Part shown: one piece after another, positions 1 through 7,325 of the stretch
How the letters are laid out: every line of letters starts with the position of its first letter
Numbering within the stretch: the stretch's first letter is position 1
Assembly (NCBI RefSeq): GCF_003367075.2
Contig: NZ_CP065936.1
Coordinates: 90,001 to 122,000, forward strand
Origin: Cylindrospermopsis raciborskii Cr2010
GTDB taxonomy: Bacteria > Cyanobacteriota > Cyanobacteriia > Cyanobacteriales > Nostocaceae
DNA length: 32,000 nt
Direction of reading: 5' to 3'
Made by a program: the position numbers and the translations under genes
Notes under the pieces: generated by a model
Database searches by the model: none
Told to the model about the DNA's origin: nothing
The model's input: the letters and a program-made list of their open reading frames with translations, nothing else

Positions 1-511
1 GCTTCTTCTTATAGGTTTTATCAAAGTTTTTTATTAATTCTGCAGCAGGTTTAGTATTCTCTCTATTTTCACTAGCCATAGCTGTAGCAACTTCTTGCCA
101 TTGCATTACTCCTTGACTACCAGTTTTGCTCAAACTATCTGCTAGGGTTTGTTGAAATTGATACTTTACTAAATTTAAATCAGTATAATTATTAGCACTT
201 GCATAAATAAACAAAGCACCTCCCTCTTTTTCTAATTGATGACGAATTCGACTCAAAAGATGAGTTTTACCAACTCCTTGCTGTGCGGTAATGGCAATAG
301 AAGTTATTTTATCTTGACTATGTTTTGTCTGACGAACAAACTCAATGGCTTCAAATATCTTTTTAGAAGCATGCTGGTTTAATGTTGTCACATCAGGAAA
401 TCCTTTACCCCAAATATTCTGTTCTTTAACAATGCCCGCATTGATAAAAGGATTGTGACTATTAATAGCAGCATTGACGGATTCTATGGGCGAACTCGGT
501 GTGTTTGTCAT
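1..511 (-). CDS. P-loop NTPase (AAA_22 / ORC-Cdc6-like ATPase). Only the N-terminal ~170 aa are present; the 3' end runs off the window start.
   Basis: Absent from the ORF track because it is open at the window edge. Reverse-complement translation from the ATG at 511-509 gives MTNTPSSPIESVNAAINSHNPFINAGIVKEQNIWGKGFPDVTTLNQHASKKIFEAIEFVRQTKHSQDKITSIAITAQQGVGKTHLLSRIRHQLEKEGGALFIYASANNY..., with no stop before position 1. Walker A GVGKTH is encoded at ~260-277. Confidence 0.6.
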   Translation of the reverse strand, partial: MTNTPSSPIESVNAAINSHNPFINAGIVKEQNIWGKGFPDVTTLNQHASKKIFEAIEFVRQTKHSQDKITSIAITAQQGVGKTHLLSRIRHQLEKEGGALFIYASANNYTDLNLVKYQFQQTLADSLSKTGSQGVMQWQEVATAMASENRENTKPAAELIKNFDKTYKKK

Positions 512-594
512 TGTTGTTGTTATGTTTAAGGAATAGGAAACTTCAAAAAGAAAAATGAAGTTCTTGTATTGAGTTAAATTGAGTTGGAAGCATT

Positions 595-1278
595 TTAAAC
601 TAACCGTTTAGCGTAAGACCGCAGTTGAGTTCCGGGAATAAGAATACTGTCTTCCTGTTTATCAGCGGTGAAATCTGGTATTTCCCCGGAAATGAGCTGT
701 AAAATATCATCAGCTTGCATTTCTACTAACCACTGATTGAACTTTCCCCTCTCCACTCTTTCTCCTATTTCTCTTCTCAGTCTATAAATTGGAACTAAGT
801 TGTCAAAATTGTATTGATTATCCAAAAGACTATAAACTTCTAATAATACGGATTTAAATTCCTCATAGGAAGCAATAACCTTACTATTAGTAGATTCACT
901 AGCTTTTATTTCCGGTGTTGATGGTGTTGAGTGGGATTGACGTAGTAAAAGCAATAAAGCATTAGCAACCCAAGCACCAACGTTCTTATCAAATTTAAAT
1001 TCCTTATTAGAGAGTCCATTGTGTAAAGTATTAATACCCACAGGTATGGTGATTGTATAACTAACCGTCGCACCTTTCTTTGTGATGGTAATAGCACCAT
1101 CTGCTTCTAAATGTTCTATTATTTGCTGATAGTCAATCATTCTTTGACCTTTAGAGACTATGCGCTTGCCTAACTGACCTTTGGTTACCTTCTGCTCCCC
1201 TGCTCCTAAATCCCATAATGCCAGTAGCAGTCTGGTCTGAGCATAGTTTCCTTGTAATCCTTGTTTTTTTGAAGCCAT
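595..1278 (-). CDS. Hypothetical protein, 227 aa, possibly with two winged-helix-like segments
   Basis: Clean ORF on the same strand, 83 bp upstream of the NTPase gene. The N-terminal part (TRLLLALWDLG...VTKGQLGKRI...IIEHLEADGAITITKKG) and the C-terminal part (VPIYRLRREIGERVERGKFNQWLVEMQADDILQLISGE) have wHTH-like patterns, which is inference only. No catalytic motif recognised. Confidence 0.55.
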   Translation of the reverse strand: MASKKQGLQGNYAQTRLLLALWDLGAGEQKVTKGQLGKRIVSKGQRMIDYQQIIEHLEADGAITITKKGATVSYTITIPVGINTLHNGLSNKEFKFDKNVGAWVANALLLLLRQSHSTPSTPEIKASESTNSKVIASYEEFKSVLLEVYSLLDNQYNFDNLVPIYRLRREIGERVERGKFNQWLVEMQADDILQLISGEIPDFTADKQEDSILIPGTQLRSYAKRLV

Positions 1279-1397
1279 ACTTCTTAGTTCCTAAACAACT
1301 CTAACAATCTTAACACTTAATGGTACTCTTTTTATTACCAAAATTCACGGGTGAATAACTACCTATCTGAGACTTCCTAACTTTTACTTAGACGCAA

Positions 1398-1847
1398 CTA
1401 CCCCTTGTTTTTAATCAACATAACATCAACAATTTTTGAAGCTACTTCCTCCGATAAGTCTAAAGCTTTATATAAATCACCCAAAAGATCTTCTTCCTCC
1501 TGAGTAACTTCCCCATCTGCTAAAATAAGATCCGAAACCACAGCAAAAGCAGTTTCATGCAAATCACGAGGTAGGGAAGAAACAGCAGATTGAAGAAGAT
1601 TACTAAATCCGTCTCTTTTTATCAAAAACAACAATCTATCAAACAACTTTCGTATCACATCAGTAGAATAACTACGAAATAACTTCATCCTATTTAGCGA
1701 AGCCATTAAACCTAATACCTCTTCATCTGAACAGTATCCATCTGCAGTAATTGAAATAAGGGCAATACCAGCTAAAGCCTCTGCAGGACTCATAACGGTC
1801 TGATTTTCATTACGCAACTGTGAAAAACGATTTCCAAACAAAGCCAT
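1398..1847 (-). CDS. TerB-family (tellurite-resistance TerB domain) protein
   Basis: 149 aa with two TerB-type acidic repeats (ISITADGYCSDEEVLGL and LILADGEVTQEEEDLLGDL). AGGAGG Shine-Dalgarno (plus-strand CCTCCT at 1853-1858) lies just upstream of the ATG. Confidence 0.8.
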   Translation of the reverse strand: MALFGNRFSQLRNENQTVMSPAEALAGIALISITADGYCSDEEVLGLMASLNRMKLFRSYSTDVIRKLFDRLLFLIKRDGFSNLLQSAVSSLPRDLHETAFAVVSDLILADGEVTQEEEDLLGDLYKALDLSEEVASKIVDVMLIKNKG

Positions 1848-1909
1848 AAGTGCCTCCTACAAGACGTGTTAAATTTAGAACAAAAACGGCTTTTACATCT
1901 AGCGCAAAA

Positions 1910-1938
1910 ATTATACTAGACTTTCACCTAAGTTTCAA
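1910..1938 (-). promoter_or_regulatory. Sigma70-type promoter for the TerB gene
   Basis: Minus strand reads TTGAAA (1938-1933), exactly 17 nt, then TATAAT (1915-1910). It sits ~60 nt upstream of the TerB start. Confidence 0.5.
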
Positions 1939-2211
1939 AATGACCATAGCAAGTTACATCATCCCGTTACATCTATCTCAAGATAGATATTTAACTCGTT
2001 TAGAGAATAATCTTGAACTTCCAAGGGACTTGTGTAGAAGTGTTTTCTGGTATGTGTTCAATCTAATTAATTTTGTTTAATAATGTTTAAGAATAAGCAA
2101 CTTCTGAGGATCCCAACAAACCACAATTTGGACTGCAAGCGATCGCTTAATGTATATAGTATATAATATAAGTTATTGGCAAAAATGATAAGTAGGGAGG
2201 CACAATTATTT

Positions 2212-2275
2212 GTAGGATGGGTCGAGGAACGAGACCCATGCGGGCGTTGGGTTTCATACTTCAACCCAACCTACG
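2212..2275. repeat. Composite short dispersed hairpin repeat (cyanobacterial SDR/MITE-like)
   Basis: Outer GTAGG (2212-2216) pairs with CCTAC (2270-2274). These enclose two hairpins: ATGGGTC-gaggaacga-GACCCAT and GTTGGGTT-tcatacttc-AACCCAAC. Related GTTGGGT/ACCCAAC hairpins occur at 4031-4049 and 7266-7291. Confidence 0.5.
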
Positions 2276-2307
2276 TTTTAAAATACCAAGCAGGAGTGCA
2301 AATGTGA

Positions 2308-3660
2308 TTAGGGGTAAGAATATTGTTCAATGGTCAAATTTATAGGAGCATTTGGTCCGGTAACTAGCCCCCGTCTTTTTGGTTTAACTTCCTGGGTATT
2401 AACTAATTTCATTGACCATGTTTTTAAAACTTTTGCCAATATCAATTTCATTTCCATTTGGGCAAAAGCTAAACCCACACAACGCCTAGAACCGCCACCA
2501 AAAGGTAGAAATTGATAAGGTGAAAATTGTTTTTCTAAAAAGCGTTCTGGTTTGAATTTTTCTGGCTCGGGATAAATATCTTCCCGATGATGAACTAAGT
2601 AAATTGAACCTAGAAGAATTGTTCCAGGTTCAAGTTGATAACCACCCAAAGAAATAGGTTCTTTAACCATTCTGGGAAAAGTTAACATTCCCACGGGATG
2701 AATCCTTAATGTTTCATTACAAACCGCAGTTAAATATGGCAATTTAAAAACAGCACTGGAATCATAATTTTCTTCTAAAGAATCCAATTCTGCCAATAAC
2801 TTTTCTCTAACTTCCGGGAGTTTGTGAATCCAGTAAAAAGCCCAAGAAATAGCTGTAGCGGTAGTTTCGTGACCCGCGACTAATAACGTCATTAATTCAT
2901 CTTTTAATTCTACATCAGTCATGGGTTGATTATTTTCATCTCTAGCAGACATAAGTAAATTAAGAATATCTGTCCGCTGAGGATCAAAATTTTCTCTTCT
3001 TTCTTTAATTTCCTGATAAATTAGTTGATCAGCTTGTTCTTTTTTCTGAATGTGTCGTTTCCAAATTTCCGATACCCCAAAGATCTCTTTCAATTTAGGA
3101 AGATAGAGAAAACTCACCCGCAAAGGACTGCTAGCCTGTTCTAAAAGTTCACACAGTAAATATTTAAGTTTTAATGCTCGTTCTCCTTCATAAATGCCAA
3201 AAACAGCTTCTATCATTACTTGAAGAGTGATATCTTGGGTAATATTCCTAACATTGAAAAATTGATTTTTTTCTTGTTGAGCAAAAACCTTTGTGGTAAT
3301 ATTTTCAATTAATTTTGAATAAGTTCTCATTCTTTCTCCATGAAAAGGAGGCATAATTAATTGACGCTCACGTTGATGTGCCTTACCACTAAGAGTAATA
3401 ACAGAATTTTTGCCCAATAAATATTCAAAAATGCTATTTAACTCCCCCGGTGCTTCCAATTCTTTTTGATCATTACTTAACATCTGCTGTATGGCTTCCG
3501 GAGAATGAACAAATATCAGTGGTGGTAAATCACTTTGTAGTTTTAGAGCAAACAAATCTCCGTATTTTTTAGCACACTCTACCATATAAGGCATAGGCCT
3601 GAATATCCAGTTTAGGACTTGAATAGTAGATAATGTTTTCGGTCCTGGTAGTATTTGCAT
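2308..3660 (-). CDS. Cytochrome P450 monooxygenase
   Basis: 450 aa with heme-thiolate loop FGGGSRRCVGLAFAQ (FxxGxRxCxG), I-helix AGHETT and an ExxR motif (ETLR). Confidence 0.95.
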   Translation of the reverse strand: MQILPGPKTLSTIQVLNWIFRPMPYMVECAKKYGDLFALKLQSDLPPLIFVHSPEAIQQMLSNDQKELEAPGELNSIFEYLLGKNSVITLSGKAHQRERQLIMPPFHGERMRTYSKLIENITTKVFAQQEKNQFFNVRNITQDITLQVMIEAVFGIYEGERALKLKYLLCELLEQASSPLRVSFLYLPKLKEIFGVSEIWKRHIQKKEQADQLIYQEIKERRENFDPQRTDILNLLMSARDENNQPMTDVELKDELMTLLVAGHETTATAISWAFYWIHKLPEVREKLLAELDSLEENYDSSAVFKLPYLTAVCNETLRIHPVGMLTFPRMVKEPISLGGYQLEPGTILLGSIYLVHHREDIYPEPEKFKPERFLEKQFSPYQFLPFGGGSRRCVGLAFAQMEMKLILAKVLKTWSMKLVNTQEVKPKRRGLVTGPNAPINLTIEQYSYP

Positions 3661-3977
3661 AACTTTATCCCGTTTTGACTATTAGGATTATAAGAGATGC
3701 GATCGCTTTTATTTTTAGTCTAAACTCCAGTGATAAGAAAAAATTATATTTATGAGGGGATGAGATAAGTTTTTTTGTGGTCGAAGCGATAAAAATGTGG
3801 TACTATGAGGGTTAAGTATAATCGAGTGTAAGCATCTGTAAAAAAAGTGAATAGGTTCCCATTATGAGGGTATCATGTTCAAGGTTCAATAGTCAACCCC
3901 CAGCATTGAGAAAAAAAATCGGCGCGTGGGTATATAGATATGCTCAGATAGCTCTTTATTGATCGAGCGTAAAACCC

Positions 3978-4049
3978 CATCCCCTTGTAGGTGGGGATGT
4001 AAGCGCGGTTGACTGTTTAAATCATTAGTATTGGGTTTTCTCAACCCAA
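3978..4049. repeat. Two short hairpin elements in the P450/rnc intergenic region
   Basis: CATCCCC (3978-3984) pairs with GGGGATG (3993-3999), and TTGGGTT (4031-4037) pairs with AACCCAA (4043-4049). The second belongs to the same family as the 2246-2275 and 7261-7292 elements. Confidence 0.4.
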
Positions 4050-4098
4050 GGTAGATTATATTTATAATTTTTTATATAATTTTTTAATTGTAGAAAAA

Positions 4099-4785
4099 AT
4101 GCATAAACTTCTGATATTTAAAAATGAGAAGCTAGTCCGTCAAGCATTAACTCATCGTTCCTATGCTAACGAAAATCCAACTGAGGGAGACCATAACGAG
4201 AGATTGGAATTCTTGGGGGATGCCATTCTTAATTTTATTAGTGGAGAGTATCTCTATTCTCGTTATCCACAAAAAGGTGAAGATGAACTGACTCGTCGAC
4301 GCTCTGCATTGGTGGAAGAAAAACAGCTGGCTAAGTTTGCCCTGGAAGTTGGTTTAAATCTGAAAATGCGCCTGGGCAAAGGTACTATTCAAGATGGCGG
4401 TTACCAAAATCCTAATCTTCTTAGTAGTACATTTGAAGCTGTCATTGGAGCTTACTATTTAGACAATAACTGTAATATAGAAGCAGTTAAAGTTGCAGTT
4501 GAACCTCTGTTTGATTTTGTGTCACAACATACTATTGAATCCCGTTATAATGTAGATTCTAAAAATCGCTTTCAAGAATGGGTACAAAAAAAATTATGTG
4601 CAAATCCACCTAAATATAAAACTCAACAAATAGGCGGATCCCCCCATCTACCAGAATTTGCTTCTAGAGTTTTAGTAGATGGTAAAGAGTTTGGTCAAGG
4701 TAAGGGTAAAAATAAAAAAGACGCAGAAAAAGCTGCAGCAGAAGATGCGATCGCTCGTTTACAAAGAGAGGGTTTATTTTCATAG
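4099..4785 (+). CDS. rnc: Ribonuclease III
   Basis: 228 aa with RNase III signature ERLEFLGDAIL and a C-terminal dsRBD-like segment (GKGKNKKDAEKAAAEDAIARL). Confidence 0.93.
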   Translation: MHKLLIFKNEKLVRQALTHRSYANENPTEGDHNERLEFLGDAILNFISGEYLYSRYPQKGEDELTRRRSALVEEKQLAKFALEVGLNLKMRLGKGTIQDGGYQNPNLLSSTFEAVIGAYYLDNNCNIEAVKVAVEPLFDFVSQHTIESRYNVDSKNRFQEWVQKKLCANPPKYKTQQIGGSPHLPEFASRVLVDGKEFGQGKGKNKKDAEKAAAEDAIARLQREGLFS

Positions 4786-4825
4786 AGAAATAATCTATAC
4801 ATAACTTATATCAATATTTTCCCTC

Positions 4826-4853
4826 TTGACTTTCCTCATACTTGATGTAATAG
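4826..4853 (+). promoter_or_regulatory. Candidate sigma70-type promoter at the start of the long usp leader
   Basis: TTGACT (4826-4831), 16-nt spacer, TAATAG (4848-4853). It lies ~380 nt upstream of the next annotated start (5232). Confidence 0.35.
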
Positions 4854-5231
4854 TGTTACAAGTTGTGATTGGGTAGCCTAATTCGGATCCATAAAAGGTG
4901 GGTTTGAAGCGGAGGAACCATGTATTTGGGGCAAATCGTAATTGAGAGACACCTTCCAGTCTTAGCCCGTCAGCTAACTCCGTCGGCAATGGAAGGAACC
5001 TCCAAAATGTAAGCTGTTATACCAGTTATTATTGAGGTTTCTTTAGTCAGTTTGTAATTTATTAGACGCTTTGTGATGGAACAAGTTTGTTAATCATCCG
5101 GAGTGGGATTAGTATGAATCCAGTATGTGGTGGGGGCATGTAGATTTCCAGCATATAGGAGCTAATAATATTTCAAATTGTTATCCCTGCTTATCATTCC
5201 TATTTAGTTTCCAGCGGGAGTAATTAGAACT

Positions 5232-5882
5232 GTGAAAATTAAGCCGTTATTAGCACGACTAGAGAGTGCTATTGGTCGACCTGACCTAATTGACCAGATG
5301 TTACTGATACCAAGTGGCAAGGAGTGCGATAATGATAAGTATTCAGCCATTAGGCCCATCAGGTTAATGGTAGGTTATGATGGATCTCCTAATAGTCATA
5401 CAGCATTAGATATAGCCTTTTGCATAGCCCATCAAACTCATCTAGCATCAAAAATAGAAGTTAAAGTTGAAGCTGTTTACGTATCAGAGGAGCAGATAAT
5501 TAATAACTTGGGTAATAATCCCGATGATATTTATTTTCATCATCGATTAGAATCACCCAAAAAGTCGGTGGAAGTAGAGAGTACGGGCTCAAAATTGTCC
5601 GTATTGGAAACCATGTTAAAAACCATAGTATTGACACAATCAAAGACAGAAGAAGCAGATAAAATTTTGTGGCAAGCCAGAAATTTAGCTCGGGAATGGC
5701 AAAGTTATTTCAAATCCCATTTACGATTTGGCAATCTGTGTACAGAACTGCGAAAAGTTGTAGAATTAGAAAGTGCTGATGCCCTATTTTTAGGTTGTCA
5801 ATCCATTAATCATCCCTTAATTGAGAGATTAGACAATAATTTTCCTTGTCCTGTATTGGGCATTCCCAAATGTCTTGATTAG
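5232..5882 (+). CDS. Universal stress protein (UspA-like) family protein, divergent
   Basis: 216 aa with a GTG start preceded by GGGAG. The Usp-like core starts at RLMVGYDGSPNSHTALDIA and ends with LFLGCQS...CPVLGIP. The canonical ATP-binding Gx2Gx9G[ST] motif is not evident. Confidence 0.65.
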   Translation: MKIKPLLARLESAIGRPDLIDQMLLIPSGKECDNDKYSAIRPIRLMVGYDGSPNSHTALDIAFCIAHQTHLASKIEVKVEAVYVSEEQIINNLGNNPDDIYFHHRLESPKKSVEVESTGSKLSVLETMLKTIVLTQSKTEEADKILWQARNLAREWQSYFKSHLRFGNLCTELRKVVELESADALFLGCQSINHPLIERLDNNFPCPVLGIPKCLD

Positions 5883-5920
5883 GAAGTGGTCGGGTGGAAT
5901 TAAATATAAGGGGAATTACC

Positions 5921-7258
5921 ATGGAAAATTGGCAAGCTGTTGTAAGTGTTATCACTTTTGTTGCGGTCATTTTGGCCATCACGGTTGAATTGCTCGATCT
6001 AACCGTAGCAGCTCTATTAGGGGCATTGGTTCTAGTATTTACCAACATCATGAGCTTGGGGGAAGCAGTTGGTTATATTGGCAAAAGCCATAGCACATTG
6101 GGGTTATTCTTTGGTGTAATGGTGTTAGTCCGATCCTTTGAACCGACTAATATCTTCAGCTATATAGCTACACAAATTGTCATTCTTGCTCAAGGTAGTG
6201 GTAGAAAATTATTATTAGGTATAGTATTACTAGTTACACCTATCTGTGCGTTTTTGCCTAACGCTACAACGGTAATGTTATTAGCTCCATTAATCCCACC
6301 CATGGCGGAGGAAATAGGTGTAAATTTCGTACCTCTGTTAATTTTAATGGTTTTTGTGGCTAATAGTTCTGGATTGTTAACTTTAGTGGGAGATCCAGCC
6401 ACCTTTATTGTTGGTGATGCTGTCAATATCAGCTTTATAGATTATTTGACCCAGTTAAGTTTAGGTGGGGCCATTGCGGTGATTACTGTAGTAGTAACTT
6501 TACCTATTCTATTTAGAAAAATTTGGCGAACCAATCTAGAGAATCTAGCTGAATTACCCCATCCTCAGATCAATCACCCACGGGTTCTAATGTTAGGTGC
6601 TGTTATTGTCGCTTTTGTATTGATATTCTTTATCATTGGCGACTATTTACCAATACCTATTTCCCCTGCTGCAGTAGCTTTATTAGGAGCCACCCTAGCT
6701 TTGCTACTGGCCCATAAAACTCGCATTGACTCGGTTCATAACATCCTGCGAGATGTAGACTGGGGTACTTTAATCTTTTTCATGAGCATTTTCGTTTTGA
6801 TTGGGGGACTAGATAAAACCGGTGTAATTAACAGCTTATCAGGGATTTTAAGTATTATTCTAGGCAAAAATATTTTATTTGCTTCCCTACTTGTATTATT
6901 CGTTGTTGGTGCATTGTCAAGCGTTATTCCCAATATTCCTCTAGTGGTAGCAATGGTCCCCATGATAAAACAATATATTGTCAATGTAGGGTTAGCACCA
7001 GCAGCTGTTTTAGCTACCGACTTTCAAGGAAAATTTCCCCCAGAGGTCTTACCTTTATTTTATGCTATGATGTTTGGTGCAACTTTAGGTGGTAATGGCA
7101 CTTTAGTGGGAGCATCATCTAATATTGTTGCTGCTGGTATTGCAGAACAGCATGGCAAAAGAATCTCTTTCAAGACCTTTTTGCACTATGGAATTCCCAT
7201 CACTATATTACAACTTATTACTGCTGCTTTATACGTTTTAGTGAGATTTTTATTGTAG
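5921..7258 (+). CDS. ArsB/NhaD-superfamily (SLC13/CitMHS-like) ion permease
   Basis: A polytopic hydrophobic protein throughout. The track ORF begins at GTG 5894. ATG 5921 is preferred because AAGGGGA lies 7-8 nt upstream. It follows the Usp-like gene closely, so an operon is likely. Confidence 0.8.
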   Translation: MENWQAVVSVITFVAVILAITVELLDLTVAALLGALVLVFTNIMSLGEAVGYIGKSHSTLGLFFGVMVLVRSFEPTNIFSYIATQIVILAQGSGRKLLLGIVLLVTPICAFLPNATTVMLLAPLIPPMAEEIGVNFVPLLILMVFVANSSGLLTLVGDPATFIVGDAVNISFIDYLTQLSLGGAIAVITVVVTLPILFRKIWRTNLENLAELPHPQINHPRVLMLGAVIVAFVLIFFIIGDYLPIPISPAAVALLGATLALLLAHKTRIDSVHNILRDVDWGTLIFFMSIFVLIGGLDKTGVINSLSGILSIILGKNILFASLLVLFVVGALSSVIPNIPLVVAMVPMIKQYIVNVGLAPAAVLATDFQGKFPPEVLPLFYAMMFGATLGGNGTLVGASSNIVAAGIAEQHGKRISFKTFLHYGIPITILQLITAALYVLVRFLL

Positions 7259-7260
7259 TT

Positions 7261-7292
7261 CGTAGGTTGGGTGGACGACAGGAAACCCAACA
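7261..7292 (+). repeat. CGTAGGTTGGGT...ACCCAAC hairpin repeat immediately after the permease stop; possible terminator function
   Basis: GTTGGGT (7266-7272) pairs with ACCCAAC (7285-7291) around a 12-nt loop, starting 3 nt after the stop codon. No T-tract follows. Confidence 0.45.
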
Positions 7293-7325
7293 CCAATGAT
7301 TTAAACAAAAAAGGATTCTACTCTT

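Noticed and set aside
1850-2264. ORFs 1850..2080 (+) and 2067..2264 (-)
   Set aside because: The first overlaps the TerB promoter region and has no SD. The second is created by the hairpin repeat element (MKYETQRPHGSRSS...), a known source of spurious ORFs.
4847-4859. NtcA-like palindrome GTA...TAC
   Set aside because: The spacing is N7 (GTAatagtgtTAC), not the required GTA-N8-TAC.
4795-4989. 64-aa minus-strand ORF in the rnc-usp intergenic region
   Set aside because: There is no SD, it would converge on rnc, and its composition is unremarkable. The plus-strand promoter, SD and small ORF explain the region better, although that too remains unproven.
4925-5003. Superficial resemblance to a TPP riboswitch (GGGGC...TTGAGA...ACC...GGAAGG)
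   Set aside because: The CTGAGA box, the ACCTGATCTGGATAATGCCAGCG core and the P2 pairing partner are not present, and the downstream genes are unrelated to thiamine.
5097-5102. TCCGGA hexamer resembling the heterocyst-specific DIF1 promoter motif, upstream of the usp gene
   Set aside because: A single hexamer is expected by chance at this scale. The only downstream -10 candidate (CAGTAT, 18-nt spacing) is weak.
5894-5920. GTG 5894 as the permease start
   Set aside because: ATG 5921 has a better-placed purine-rich SD (AAGGGGA). The extra 9 residues are not hydrophobic. The call remains uncertain.
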